Virus record (IMG/VR): IMGVR_UViG_3300009347_000008
Strand: one strand, 5' to 3'
From: a virus
Length of the DNA: 64,000 nucleotides
Positions within the stretch are counted from its first letter, which is position 1. Every line of letters starts with the position of its first letter. The notes beneath the pieces are model-generated. The model saw only the letters and a program-made list of their open reading frames with translations. It searched no databases and was not told the DNA's origin. The translations under genes were made by a program, and so were the position numbers. Shown piece by piece: positions 29,653 to 39,225 of the stretch.

Positions 29653-30109
29653 ACGAATCATAAAAGCTTTGTCTAGTCTTGAGAAGGAAGTTAATCTGAT
29701 CGAAATAGATCTACTTACGTTTTTGAGCTACTTCAATAAAGATCCTAATACTTTCAGAGGTATAACGGATTTCTTCTATAGAGATAGAGCACTCAAAGAT
29801 AAACGCTTCTCAAGATTCGGCGAGGCAATAGCAACAAATGTACAATCAATTATACTTCATATGGAAAGAATGAAGCTAATACTTGATAAACAAAAACACA
29901 ATGGTTGTGCTCATACTTCCGAACTACGTAAACTAATAAATCTAAGAAAAGGGTTCTTAGATAGGAAGTGTGATGAGTTCCTAATTGCTGTTTATGATCT
30001 TCGTATTGAGGATATGGAGATTGATAAGACGCAATTAAAGTTCAGCATTGTTGATACATTAGAACGCCTTAAAATTGAGACTAGAAACTATTCTCTTAGA
30101 CTTCAATGA
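29609..30109 (+). CDS. Hypothetical protein (166 aa)
   Basis: ORF, followed by the terminator at 30121-30153. Confidence 0.4.
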   Translation: MIFIRGCIMGFITTRRIIKALSSLEKEVNLIEIDLLTFLSYFNKDPNTFRGITDFFYRDRALKDKRFSRFGEAIATNVQSIILHMERMKLILDKQKHNGCAHTSELRKLINLRKGFLDRKCDEFLIAVYDLRIEDMEIDKTQLKFSIVDTLERLKIETRNYSLRLQ

Positions 30110-30120
30110 AGTACATACGA

Positions 30121-30153
30121 CATAAAGGGAGTCCCGAAGGACTCCCGTTTATG
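30121..30153. terminator. Terminator hairpin CATAAAGGGAGTCC-CGAA-GGACTCCCGTTTATG
   Basis: A ~14-bp perfect palindrome with the conserved CGAA loop, between convergent genes. Confidence 0.7.
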
Positions 30154-30274
30154 CTGTTTATGAAGAAAGAAAGTTAGCGTTTCCTAAACAATCAACACCT
30201 AATCCTAAGTGAGCGGGAAACTTGGAGTCGTTCCATCAACTTAGCTTGTCCTGTAGAGCGGACTCTACATATTA

Positions 30275-30700
30275 TTAGACTGTCTTCTGAACGTATTGAT
30301 TAGGCTGATAGAAGAGTCGAACATCGGTAGAGTATTCGATTTCATCTCCACCAATGTAGCGATAGATCATCTGGATTTTAAAGTTGTTAACAGCATTCGT
30401 GTCAACTCTACGAACAATGTAAACAAACACAACGTCCAGTACTTCAATATTAGGAACCACTCTAGGGAACCCAATGGATTTGAAGTCTTCGATGAAGTTA
30501 TTAACACCCAGATTCAAGATCTGTAGATCCTTCAATTCTTTAATGCAACGGTTGTAGCCTTCCTGTAGTTGGAAGTACATGTCGTTAGCATCAGAGTAAT
30601 TGGTCTTAGGAAATACGGCATAACCTGCAATCTTGTTAGGATCATGGTTACGTACATCCTGGATCATTTTGTTGATCTGACGTTCTGTTAAACGGCTCAC
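30275..30700 (-). CDS. Hypothetical protein (141 aa)
   Basis: ORF coupled to the downstream dcd-like gene. Confidence 0.5.
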   Translation of the reverse strand: MSRLTERQINKMIQDVRNHDPNKIAGYAVFPKTNYSDANDMYFQLQEGYNRCIKELKDLQILNLGVNNFIEDFKSIGFPRVVPNIEVLDVVFVYIVRRVDTNAVNNFKIQMIYRYIGGDEIEYSTDVRLFYQPNQYVQKTV

Positions 30701-31332
30701 ATCTTTCTCCTAGGCAGAACTGGCTCCGCTGGTTGATCTTGATACTTACCACTACGGTCAGCATAAGAGACTTCGCATGGTTCATTACCATGAATGAATA
30801 GAACTTGACAAATACCCATACCAGGTGTCAGCTTGATAGGTGAGTCAGTCTTATTGCTAAGCTCCAGAGTAACATAGCCTTCCCAACCAGCTTCCAAAGG
30901 CGTTACAGTCACGCAAAGGCCACAGCGCGCAAGTGTGCTCTTTTCCATACAGATCGCAGTAAACTCATCGCCGAGCTTAATACGTTCTTTTGAAACACCA
31001 AGCATGAAACCATGAGGCGGAATGGTAATGCATTCATCATCTCTCAATTCATGACGTGATGCGATAGCTTCATTAAAGTTAACAGGATCGATAACGTCTG
31101 GACCAATTGAATCACGAACAGATCTAACTTCAACGTTTAGGTTATTAGGATTACTACGATTGAAGAATCGGAAGATATTACCTAGACGAATGTCATAACC
31201 GAAACTAGAGAGACCGTAACTAGTTACAGGTGTACCATCTTCATTACTACTACGGGATTCAGCATGAAAAGGTACGATCAGTTGATCATTTTCAGCTTTG
31301 AACTTAATCCATTTATCCGACATGATAGGCAT
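30697..31332 (-). CDS. dcd: dCTP deaminase-like protein (dUTPase superfamily; 211 aa)
   Basis: SSFGYDIRLGN and KSTLARCGLCVTVTPLEAGWEGYVTLELSN resemble conserved Dcd/Dut-family segments. Confidence 0.55.
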   Translation of the reverse strand: MPIMSDKWIKFKAENDQLIVPFHAESRSSNEDGTPVTSYGLSSFGYDIRLGNIFRFFNRSNPNNLNVEVRSVRDSIGPDVIDPVNFNEAIASRHELRDDECITIPPHGFMLGVSKERIKLGDEFTAICMEKSTLARCGLCVTVTPLEAGWEGYVTLELSNKTDSPIKLTPGMGICQVLFIHGNEPCEVSYADRSGKYQDQPAEPVLPRRKM

Positions 31333-31383
31333 AAACTACTCCTTATTGTTTTCTATGCAGAATATTCAAATCTTAGGTAAAAA

Positions 31384-32247
31384 TTAGATTTGTTTATCCA
31401 GGGATCTGAACCATTTTGTAGCGATCCACTTCGTACCTTCGATAACAGGCGTTCCTGCATGAAGTGTCTTACTCTGAGGGGTAGGGTTAGGATAAGCAAA
31501 GAAAAGCGCACTGCCCTTCTTACAATGAACATGAAGATTCAATTCGGGGAAATATGTAGTACCTCCTCGTGTCGGATCACCTAAATAGAGAATCAAAGTA
31601 GCTACACGTTCTCCAACACCTCTTACAAAGGTACTTCCATCCGCAAAGTAATCGTGATGAGGTTTGTATTGTTCACCAATACGATAGCGAAGTACTTGAA
31701 GACTATCAGTATCATTGTTATTCCAGTTAAACAAAATACTAATACGATCTTCCACATTTTTGACAATGTCGTCTTGTCCTTTACTAAGTCCAGTGCTATC
31801 ACTGGTTCTATAGTCGGAGAGTGTCGATTGTCCTTGACCATGTATCGCTACAGTGCTCTTAGATAAACTGACCATAGCAAGATCAATCAAATGTTGACAT
31901 TCAATTGGGTCAAGGAAATTCTCTAGGAGAATAACTTCTGGATTCTCCATAGACATCAGAATATTAATCTCTCTGCCTTCAACTTTTAGTACATTGTGTT
32001 TTTCTTTCATTTGTTTAATGTACGGATTGATTGTAGAGATTCTAACGTTATTAACCGCAATGGTTTCTGTCAAAGCTCCTTTAGCTTGATCATTCAAGGC
32101 TATGACAGTATTGATTAGGTCTTTCGAGTCTTGGATGGATAATCCAAACTTAGTTACTAGATCGCTAATAATGGCGGTATCTGCTCTAAACTGTGAGAGC
32201 GCAGTTCCAATGAACTGATGATATTCAGGTGTAAGTTTCGTTGGCAT
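31384..32247 (-). CDS. 2OG-Fe(II) oxygenase, prolyl 4-hydroxylase-like (287 aa)
   Basis: HxD...H facial triad (PHHDYF ... TLHAGTPVIEGTKWIATKWFR), as in the P4H C-terminal domain. Confidence 0.65.
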   Translation of the reverse strand: MPTKLTPEYHQFIGTALSQFRADTAIISDLVTKFGLSIQDSKDLINTVIALNDQAKGALTETIAVNNVRISTINPYIKQMKEKHNVLKVEGREINILMSMENPEVILLENFLDPIECQHLIDLAMVSLSKSTVAIHGQGQSTLSDYRTSDSTGLSKGQDDIVKNVEDRISILFNWNNNDTDSLQVLRYRIGEQYKPHHDYFADGSTFVRGVGERVATLILYLGDPTRGGTTYFPELNLHVHCKKGSALFFAYPNPTPQSKTLHAGTPVIEGTKWIATKWFRSLDKQI

Positions 32248-32309
32248 TTTGATTCCTAACGGTCATAAAAAGGGTATCCAAAGGATACCCTTTTATTGTT
32301 ATTTATGCA

Positions 32310-32636
32310 TTAAGCAGCATCAACAACAGTACCGTTGAGTTCAACAGACTCGGGCTCCATAGCCAGAACCGTGACTTCCAGAGTACCAGTCAGGGGCGAA
32401 TCCAAACCACCACCCGACACAGTCAGACTAACGGTAGCAGTGCCAGGGGCAACGGGGGTCACCTTACCAACAGTATTACCAGCGCCAGTACCTTCCACGG
32501 TAACAAACTCGCTACCAGCGGTCACTGACCATGCATAAGTAGCGCCAGCAGGGGCAGCCACCACGGAACCGAGCTTGTCCTTGAAAACAGCATCGATGTT
32601 AACTAGCTTACCTGCAACGTCAACTGAAACAGCCAT
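32310..32636 (-). CDS. Small Ig-like (Big_2-type) domain protein (108 aa), GC-rich; possible capsid/virion decoration protein
   Basis: Ala/Gly/Thr/Val-rich beta-sandwich-like sequence (GTATVSLTVSGGG); local GC is well above background. Confidence 0.5.
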   Translation of the reverse strand: MAVSVDVAGKLVNIDAVFKDKLGSVVAAPAGATYAWSVTAGSEFVTVEGTGAGNTVGKVTPVAPGTATVSLTVSGGGLDSPLTGTLEVTVLAMEPESVELNGTVVDAA

Positions 32637-32670
32637 AATTAACTCCTAGTTATTTAACAAAAAACGTTGA

Positions 32671-33030
32671 TTAAGGATTATCCTCAACTGTTGATTCGAA
32701 ATCAACAGCAGTAGGTAATTCTTCACCGATCAACACAGTGAAGGTATTAGTCAAAGTGACAGGACGATCATCATCAAAAGTATCTTTGAAAGCGACCGTA
32801 CAAGTAACCTTAACAGTACCCTGTCCACCACCAGCTTTAGGGGCAATCTTTCTAATTGTTCCATCGCCAGGTGTAATTTCGGAGATCGTAGCAATCACTG
32901 GATTGTCGATAGCCCATGTAAATACTGCATCCGAAGGAAACGGAAGTTTAGTATTCTCTGAGTTTTTTCCGACCACAGTGAGTGCCAGAAACTTCCCTTC
33001 AACAGGTATTAGTACTGACATAGTTATCAC
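32671..33030 (-). CDS. Second small Ig-like domain protein (119 aa)
   Basis: Similar Big_2-like pattern (ATISEITPGDGTIRKIAPKAGGGQGTVKVTCTV). Confidence 0.45.
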   Translation of the reverse strand: MITMSVLIPVEGKFLALTVVGKNSENTKLPFPSDAVFTWAIDNPVIATISEITPGDGTIRKIAPKAGGGQGTVKVTCTVAFKDTFDDDRPVTLTNTFTVLIGEELPTAVDFESTVEDNP

Positions 33031-33508
33031 TTCTCTCGTACTTTAATATATTAAAATTGATACCAGTCACAGAGCGATGGGATGATTTTGTGATTATTTT
33101 CCACTCATCCGCAAGTTCTTCAACGGTAGTATCGCCTTCATAGTTATTAAGTATTTCGGTCACGATAACAGTGTCTGCTACCCTCAGTGCTTTCTTAATT
33201 ACATTGCTTCCACCAATGAACCAGATATCCTTTCTTCGATAGAAAGCTTCGTTAGTTGCTTCCAAAATCGAACGAGATGTAATAACTTCTGGATGATAGA
33301 GAGGGGAGCTAGTTAATACGAGATTTTCTCTATTAGGCAGTGGTTTAATTGGGAGTGATTCCCAAGTCTTTCTACCCATAGCTATTATACAGCCTTGTGT
33401 GGTTTCTTTGAAATGCTTTAAGTCTTCCGGTAAATGCCAGGGTAATTTGCCGTTATTACCAATGACATTATTGAGACTCCTAGCATAGATAACACCGACT
33501 TTCATCAC
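32999..33508 (-). CDS. folA: Dihydrofolate reductase (169 aa)
   Basis: VIGNNGKLPWHLPEDLKHFKETT and LVLTSS ... FIGG are the hallmark DHFR motifs. Confidence 0.85.
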   Translation of the reverse strand: MMKVGVIYARSLNNVIGNNGKLPWHLPEDLKHFKETTQGCIIAMGRKTWESLPIKPLPNRENLVLTSSPLYHPEVITSRSILEATNEAFYRRKDIWFIGGSNVIKKALRVADTVIVTEILNNYEGDTTVEELADEWKIITKSSHRSVTGINFNILKYERSDNYVSTNTC

Positions 33509-33933
33509 TGATTCTCAATGAATTTCTTGATGCCTCTAGCATCCGCCAAAGCGTTGTGAGGCTGTTCACTTGGAGCATCCACACGTTTGAGTACGAAGCT
33601 GAGTTTGTTTGGTGTTTTAACACAAACACCCGGTGCAACAAGTAATGCTTCGCAGAGATACTTGATATCGTCAGGCCAATCGGCTACTACAACAAGATCT
33701 TTGTATCTGTTAATGAAAGCTTCAAGCTTTTGCTTAAAGTCATGTGGTGCAATGGGTTCCTTATTAAGGATAGGCATCACATTTTCTGCTACCCAAGAGA
33801 CTGGATTAGGACAACCTAATACTTCATAGAAATAGTTATCGTCATCGATAACTAATGCTAATGAAATCAAGTCACCTTTATAACCGTTAAATTCACAATC
33901 AAGATACGCTACTGTCATTTTGACTCCTCTCAA
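33505..33933 (-). CDS. DEDDh-type 3'-5' exonuclease (RNase T/oligoribonuclease-like); the true start may be the internal Met (MTVAYLDCEF), 15 nt downstream
   Basis: YLDCEF (Exo I DxE), VADWPDD and HNALADARG (the H-x4-D Exo III motif of DEDDh enzymes). Confidence 0.55.
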   Translation of the reverse strand: MRGVKMTVAYLDCEFNGYKGDLISLALVIDDDNYFYEVLGCPNPVSWVAENVMPILNKEPIAPHDFKQKLEAFINRYKDLVVVADWPDDIKYLCEALLVAPGVCVKTPNKLSFVLKRVDAPSEQPHNALADARGIKKFIENQ

Positions 33934-34138
33934 ATTTCTTCAGGTTGATTTCTCTGATACGATTCTCGATATCAGTAACGGAACATCTCATCCAGTCTAG
34001 TGTTGGTCCTTGGGCCTCACCATCATCCATATATGGTAATTCTTCATGAGCAACACAGAGCAGTCTTCGCAACTTACGCTCATCCTGACTAGCTGGCATT
34101 CCGTCTGGTCTTCTCTCGGTGGTCATCTTAATCTCCAA
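33899..34138 (-). CDS. Small hypothetical protein (79 aa)
   Basis: ORF between the exonuclease gene and nrdF; weak support. Confidence 0.3.
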   Translation of the reverse strand: MEIKMTTERRPDGMPASQDERKLRRLLCVAHEELPYMDDGEAQGPTLDWMRCSVTDIENRIREINLKKFERSQNDSSVS

Positions 34139-34140
34139 AC

Positions 34141-34166
34141 ATAAAGGGAGGCCGAAGCCTCCCTTT
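34141..34166. terminator. Hairpin GGGAGGC-CGAA-GCCTCCC
   Basis: Palindrome with a CGAA loop, flanked by ATAAAG/CTTTAC. Confidence 0.6.
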
Positions 34167-34168
34167 AC

Positions 34169-35176
34169 TTAGTTACCTCTCCAACCTGCCCAATCGGCAT
34201 CGGTAGTAGGTTCGACACGCAGCATTGCGTATGCTGAACCGCCACCAGAGAAGAAATCGTGAGTTTCATCTCCGGCAGGAACCAATGATGCCATGACGGC
34301 AGGATTGACCTTACAAATCTCCGGTGGGAACATAGGATCAAAACCCATATTCATCAATGCCTTGTTGGCATTGTAATGGAGATAATTGATAACGTCTTCT
34401 GTCATACCCAGATCATCGTAGATGCTTCGGGTATATTCGATTTCGTTCTCATACAACTCCATCAGGAGAGAGTATGCCTTATCTCGGATTTCTTCTTGTC
34501 GTTCAGGAGTAAGTTCCCTGAAAGCCAATTGGAATTTATATCCGATGTAATGGCCATGAACACCTTCATCAGACAAGATCAATCGAATTATGTCGGCAGT
34601 GTTAGTCAGCTTACCGCGACTCGACCAGTAGAATGGAAGGTAGAAACCAGAGTAGAACAGGAAAGATTCCAGCAATACACTAGCTACCTTACGCATCATC
34701 GGACATTGACCATCGTAATGACTGAGGACGATAGTTTGTTTCTTGATGAGTAGTGGATTCTCTCCAGTCCAGCGGAACAAATCATCAATTTCTTCTGAAC
34801 TACAAAGAGTAGAGAAGATACTGGAATAGCTCTTAGCATGGATAGCTTCCATGGCTGCAATGAATTCCAAGTTAGCATCCTCATGAGGAGTACGCGCATC
34901 TGGTTTCATCGAAAGAGCACCAACTTGTGACTGAACGGTGTCAAGTAAAGTCAGTCCAGCAAGGACTTCCATAGTCCTACGCTTTTCAAGATCAGTCAAT
35001 GTTCCCCACGTCATTATGTCGTTAGAAACTGGAACACGTTCAGGCAACCAGAAGTTGCTGGTCATGCGGTTCCATACTTCAAGATCTTTAGGGTCTTCAA
35101 CTTTATTCCAATTGATAGCTGGAATGAGTTTTGGAGTTGTGTTATTTTCCATTTGAAAGCTTTTCTCTTTCTGCAT
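34169..35176 (-). CDS. nrdF: Ribonucleotide reductase class Ib beta subunit (335 aa)
   Basis: Ferritin-like R2 motifs, including the conserved Glu/His ligand pattern (e.g. LSDEGVHGHYIGYKF; the second ligand block is ambiguous between two candidate segments and is not cited). Confidence 0.85.
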   Translation of the reverse strand: MQKEKSFQMENNTTPKLIPAINWNKVEDPKDLEVWNRMTSNFWLPERVPVSNDIMTWGTLTDLEKRRTMEVLAGLTLLDTVQSQVGALSMKPDARTPHEDANLEFIAAMEAIHAKSYSSIFSTLCSSEEIDDLFRWTGENPLLIKKQTIVLSHYDGQCPMMRKVASVLLESFLFYSGFYLPFYWSSRGKLTNTADIIRLILSDEGVHGHYIGYKFQLAFRELTPERQEEIRDKAYSLLMELYENEIEYTRSIYDDLGMTEDVINYLHYNANKALMNMGFDPMFPPEICKVNPAVMASLVPAGDETHDFFSGGGSAYAMLRVEPTTDADWAGWRGN

Positions 35177-35299
35177 TCAGGTGATTGATTTCTTCGTCTG
35201 TTGTCTTGATCTTGTTACGCCTAGAGATTTCCTCATCGGTAAGAGTCAGATCGCACAGATCATTGTTTGTCTATTGCTCGATATGTTTCTTCGAGGATG

Positions 35300-35626
35300 T
35301 CAGACTTTACTATAAGTCTCTAGGAAAATATCTTCTTTGATTGGATAAAACTCACCCTTAGTTCCTTGAACAATCCAATCGCCTTCAGTGGCGATATGGT
35401 CAACTTGATGTGAGCTTCCAGCTTCACCATCTTCTAAAGTAACAATACGTGCTTGTGCTTTAGAGCCAACGTGTCGAGCTTTCGTAATGTCCTTGATGTT
35501 TTCACCAAGGAAATCTAGCAGGTCTTGACTAGGGGGATAGGTGAATTGAATTGCACGGACTCGGACTGGCTTCTTGACGAATTCACCAACACCGGGCGGT
35601 AGTTTATCGATCTCAATAATTGACAT
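35300..35626 (-). CDS. Hypothetical protein (108 aa) between nrdE and nrdF
   Basis: ORF. Confidence 0.5.
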   Translation of the reverse strand: MSIIEIDKLPPGVGEFVKKPVRVRAIQFTYPPSQDLLDFLGENIKDITKARHVGSKAQARIVTLEDGEAGSSHQVDHIATEGDWIVQGTKGEFYPIKEDIFLETYSKV

Positions 35627-35643
35627 CTTCGTTTCCTATTTGA

Positions 35644-37776
35644 TTAAACAGCGCAAGACACGCAACCTTCCACTTCAGTTCCCGACAGAATCGACTTACG
35701 CAGACGAACATAATAGATCGTCTTGATGCCCTTACTGCGTGCGTAGATCTGCATCTTGTTAATGTCTCGGGTGGAAACATTATCAGGCAAGAAGATCGTC
35801 AGAGACAATCCTTGATCAACGTGGGGTGTAGCAGCAGCGTAAACATCGATAACAGCTTTGTAACCAAGCTCGTATGCATCAACGAAGAACTCAAGGTTAT
35901 CGTTGGTCATGTGTGGAGCGGGATAGTAGCTACGACCAGTCTTACCTTCCTTACGGATTTCAATCTTAGCTGCGATTGGGTGAATCGAAGCTGTCGAATT
36001 GTTCACATAAGAAATAGAACCAGTTGGCGGGATAGCCATACGGTACTGGTTATACAAACCGTGTTCCATTACCAGATCACGAAGAGCTTCCCACATTTGT
36101 TTAGTAGGAACTTCGAAACCATATTCAGCAAACAGCTTTTTGATCTGCTCGGTCTGTGGAGTCAAATCACGATTAAGGTATTGGTCGAAATAAACACCGC
36201 TAGCGTAATCAGACTTCTCAAAACCTTGGAATGTTTCCTTCTTCTCTTGAGCAATCTTGCAGCTCGACAAAATCGAATGATAATTCACTGCCATGAAGAA
36301 CAGATCAGTGAAGTCAATGGACGCTGGACTACCATACATGATACGGTGATGACCAAAGAATCCATGGAGATTCATTGCACCCAGACCAATGGCATGGGAG
36401 ATCTTATTACCGTTATCAATCGAAGGAACACACGCAATGTTCGATAGATCAGAAACCTTGGTCAATGCGCGACATGCAACTTCAATAGTCTTACTGAAGT
36501 TAGGTGAATGGAATGTCTTGAAAACGTTCAGTGAACCGAGGTTACAGGAGACATCTTTACCCACAACCTTATAGCTACCATCTTCGTTCATTTCCGAATC
36601 AGTCTGTACTTGCAGGATTTCACTGCAAAGATTAGACATACGAACATAGCCATCAATCGGATTAGCAGCGTTAACTACGTCTTCGTTCATGATGTAAGGA
36701 TAGCCTGATTCGCCGTTAATCTTACCGATAGCTTCCATTAGCTTACGAGCATTGACCTTCTTCTTACGAATCCCCTTGTTAGCTACGAGTTCATGATACC
36801 TTTCAGTAACATTAATCATACTCAGAGGAATACCGTAGATACGTTTCACATCGTAAGGTGAGAACAAATATAAAGCTTCGTTCTTCTCAGCTACCTCATA
36901 CAAGATGTCTGGAACAACAACCCCAATACTCAGAGTTTTAATACGAACCTTCTCATCCGCATTTTCACGCTTGGTATCAAGTACTGCCATGATATCTGGG
37001 TGGCACGCATGAACGTACACTGCGCCTGCACCATCGCGTTGTCCAAGTTGATCAGCGTAGCTGAAACCATCTTCGTATAGCTTCATAACAGGTACTAGAC
37101 CTGCGGCAGCGCCGTCGATACCCTTAATAGGAGCGCCAGCTTCACGAACGTCGGTCAAGCAAAGAGCAACCCCGCCGCCACGTTTAGACAATTGGAGTGC
37201 AGAGCCAATTGAACGAGCAATTGATTCCATGTCGTCAGGGACATTAATCAGGAAACAACTTACAGGTTCACCGCGTTGTTTACGGCCTGCGCTCAAGAAT
37301 GTAGGTGTAGCTGGCTGATAGCGTCCAGAAATGATTTCTTCTGCGTAGTCAAGTGCTTCTAGGATGTTACCATCGCCCAAATAAAGAGAACACATTGCCA
37401 CTCGATCTTCCAAACGTTCTAGATAACGTTGGCCATCATTGGTCTTTAGTGCATACTGCTTATAGAACTTGTAAGCACCTTGAAAAGACGCAAAACGGAA
37501 TTTGTGGGCATAAACAGATTTGAATAGCTTCTTGATATCTTCGTAGGAGTATTTATCAAGAAGTTCTTTCTCGTAATACTGGTTATCAACGAGATAATCA
37601 AGCTTTTCCTGAAGATCATGGAAGAACACCATGTTCTTATTCACATGTTGCAGGAAATATTGGCGAACGGCAATCTTATCCTTGTCAAATTGAATTTGAC
37701 CTTCTTCACTTAGCTGGTTAAGCATTGCATTGTAAGAGAAGTAGTCTTCTGCTACATTACTAACTGTTTGATCCAT
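35644..37776 (-). CDS. nrdE: Ribonucleotide reductase class Ib alpha subunit (710 aa)
   Basis: NLCSEI active-site Cys motif, a C-terminal CxxC pair (EGCVSCAV), and the overall R1 length and order. Confidence 0.9.
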   Translation of the reverse strand: MDQTVSNVAEDYFSYNAMLNQLSEEGQIQFDKDKIAVRQYFLQHVNKNMVFFHDLQEKLDYLVDNQYYEKELLDKYSYEDIKKLFKSVYAHKFRFASFQGAYKFYKQYALKTNDGQRYLERLEDRVAMCSLYLGDGNILEALDYAEEIISGRYQPATPTFLSAGRKQRGEPVSCFLINVPDDMESIARSIGSALQLSKRGGGVALCLTDVREAGAPIKGIDGAAAGLVPVMKLYEDGFSYADQLGQRDGAGAVYVHACHPDIMAVLDTKRENADEKVRIKTLSIGVVVPDILYEVAEKNEALYLFSPYDVKRIYGIPLSMINVTERYHELVANKGIRKKKVNARKLMEAIGKINGESGYPYIMNEDVVNAANPIDGYVRMSNLCSEILQVQTDSEMNEDGSYKVVGKDVSCNLGSLNVFKTFHSPNFSKTIEVACRALTKVSDLSNIACVPSIDNGNKISHAIGLGAMNLHGFFGHHRIMYGSPASIDFTDLFFMAVNYHSILSSCKIAQEKKETFQGFEKSDYASGVYFDQYLNRDLTPQTEQIKKLFAEYGFEVPTKQMWEALRDLVMEHGLYNQYRMAIPPTGSISYVNNSTASIHPIAAKIEIRKEGKTGRSYYPAPHMTNDNLEFFVDAYELGYKAVIDVYAAATPHVDQGLSLTIFLPDNVSTRDINKMQIYARSKGIKTIYYVRLRKSILSGTEVEGCVSCAV

Positions 37777-38167
37777 TTTCGATCCTCAATTGTTTCTGAA
37801 TGATTTTTTGTACATTTAAGACATCGGATGGTGTACCCGATATCTCGAATTGATACAATAGTCTAGTCTTGAAGAAATGACTGACCACTTTAGCAGCTAT
37901 ACAGAACTTGCTACCGAAGTCAGTATTCCCTCCACCGATCACACCACGCATTAAGCTACTGTTTTTCTTATTAGCTAAGAATCTATTAACAACTTTTGGT
38001 ATCGCTGTTTCAACAGTATCTCCATAGCTCGGTAAGATGAGGATAAATGGTTCATCTATCTCGATCTCACACGTACCATTCAAAGGAAGCCTAATATTTT
38101 CAATATTAAGTTTTTGAACGAATCGATGAGTGCTTTCGGACTTACTAGACCAATAAACTACTTTCAC
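37760..38167 (-). CDS. nrdI: NrdI flavodoxin-like protein (135 aa)
   Basis: [16 protein letters not shown]...LILPSYGD is the NrdI pattern; positioned between nrdH and nrdE. Confidence 0.75.
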   Translation of the reverse strand: MKVVYWSSKSESTHRFVQKLNIENIRLPLNGTCEIEIDEPFILILPSYGDTVETAIPKVVNRFLANKKNSSLMRGVIGGGNTDFGSKFCIAAKVVSHFFKTRLLYQFEISGTPSDVLNVQKIIQKQLRIENGSNS

Positions 38168-38385
38168 AGAGCACCCAATAGGTCAGGACGGAATCCAGAC
38201 CAGTGCTTTTCACCAGAAACAACCACAGGAACCTGTCGATAACCCAGATCAGTGACGGTCTGAGCTGCATTTTTATCTTGGCTGATGTCAATTACTTCAA
38301 AAGCAATGCCTCTTTGTTCCAACTTTTTCTTCGTTTGGGTGCATTGAGGGCAATTTGGCTTTGAGTAAACTGTTACATTAGACAT
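38164..38385 (-). CDS. nrdH: NrdH glutaredoxin-like redoxin (73 aa)
   Basis: CPQC active site at the N-terminus; first gene of the nrdHIEF array. Confidence 0.75.
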   Translation of the reverse strand: MSNVTVYSKPNCPQCTQTKKKLEQRGIAFEVIDISQDKNAAQTVTDLGYRQVPVVVSGEKHWSGFRPDLLGAL

Positions 38386-38511
38386 CTTGGTTTCCTTTGA
38401 ATTGGTTAGTTAGTGAGAAAAAAAGGGGTTTTGGGTTTTCCCCTTCATGCAAAGGATTTAAAGATAAACTTTAAATATTGACAAAAAACAAAAAAATAAA
38501 ATAAGCACCAT

Positions 38512-38535
38512 AAGGAGAGACCCGTAGGTCTCTCC
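38512..38535. terminator. Hairpin GGAGAGACC-CGTA-GGTCTCTCC
   Basis: Palindrome flanked by CATAA/TTATG. Confidence 0.6.
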
Positions 38536-38549
38536 AATTATGTTCTTTT

Positions 38550-39074
38550 TTACAGAATCAGGGGGTCTTTTTTGTTAGTTGAGCAAGGATTTTGGCATCC
38601 AATATGGATAACCTTATGTTCGTCGTCAATCACGAAGTTGCGTGGATCACTCTCGCAATACTTGATTTTGTCTTCATAATCAACCTGAATCTCCCATGGT
38701 GGGCATTTGATATGTTCAGGATGATCACCATGATACTGCCAACCCAAAACCTTACCACCATTACGAATAACTCGTAGGTAGTATTGGATCTCATGGAATT
38801 GCCCACCCATTTTGATAATGCCATCAGTATCAATGGAGAACCATTCACCATGTTTTCCGACATAGAATTGACCTTCGACACACTGGTATGCGTCAACATT
38901 TTTATAACCGGATGACAAAATATGCTTCTTCATCCAATCTGGGATGAAAGTAGCTTCCTTGAGAAGAACCCCTACAGCATTGTTGGGATAGTGAAAATGA
39001 CCTTTGGTCTCGTAATTGATCCACTGACGAATGTTATCCATAGCCACAGCGTCAGTATAAATAGTAACTTGCAT
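38550..39074 (-). CDS. Hypothetical protein (174 aa)
   Basis: ORF downstream of promoter-like box copy 2. Confidence 0.55.
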   Translation of the reverse strand: MQVTIYTDAVAMDNIRQWINYETKGHFHYPNNAVGVLLKEATFIPDWMKKHILSSGYKNVDAYQCVEGQFYVGKHGEWFSIDTDGIIKMGGQFHEIQYYLRVIRNGGKVLGWQYHGDHPEHIKCPPWEIQVDYEDKIKYCESDPRNFVIDDEHKVIHIGCQNPCSTNKKDPLIL

Positions 39075-39157
39075 GATGTTTTTACCTTTAAAAATGTCTA
39101 TTAGTTATCAGTTAATAGACTGGTTAGTTTTACTAAGTGAATCTTAGCTCATTTTTG

Positions 39158-39185
39158 TTATATATCGCTGAAAGTTTTTTATTTG
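39158..39185 (-). promoter_or_regulatory. Promoter-like box copy 2 (TTATATATCGCTGAAAGTTTTTTATTTG)
   Basis: Near-identical to the copy at 12829-12856; lies between the terminator at 39195-39218 and the start codon at 39074. Confidence 0.5.
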
Positions 39186-39194
39186 ATCAAAAAA

Positions 39195-39218
39195 GAAAAG
39201 CACCCGAAGGTGCTTTTC
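39195..39218. terminator. Hairpin GAAAAGCACC-CGAA-GGTGCTTTTC
   Basis: Perfect palindrome with a CGAA loop after the stop of 39226..40410. Confidence 0.65.
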
Positions 39219-39225
39219 TTAGCTG

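Noticed and set aside
28379-30109. Treating the four overlapping plus-strand ORFs as one frameshifted polymerase C-terminal domain
   Set aside because: Apart from a weak motif-B-like segment in the first ORF, no polymerase motifs (motif C, KKRY) occur in any frame. At least one ORF has its own AGGAG RBS. They were kept as separate hypothetical genes, with the polymerase truncation reported as a finding.
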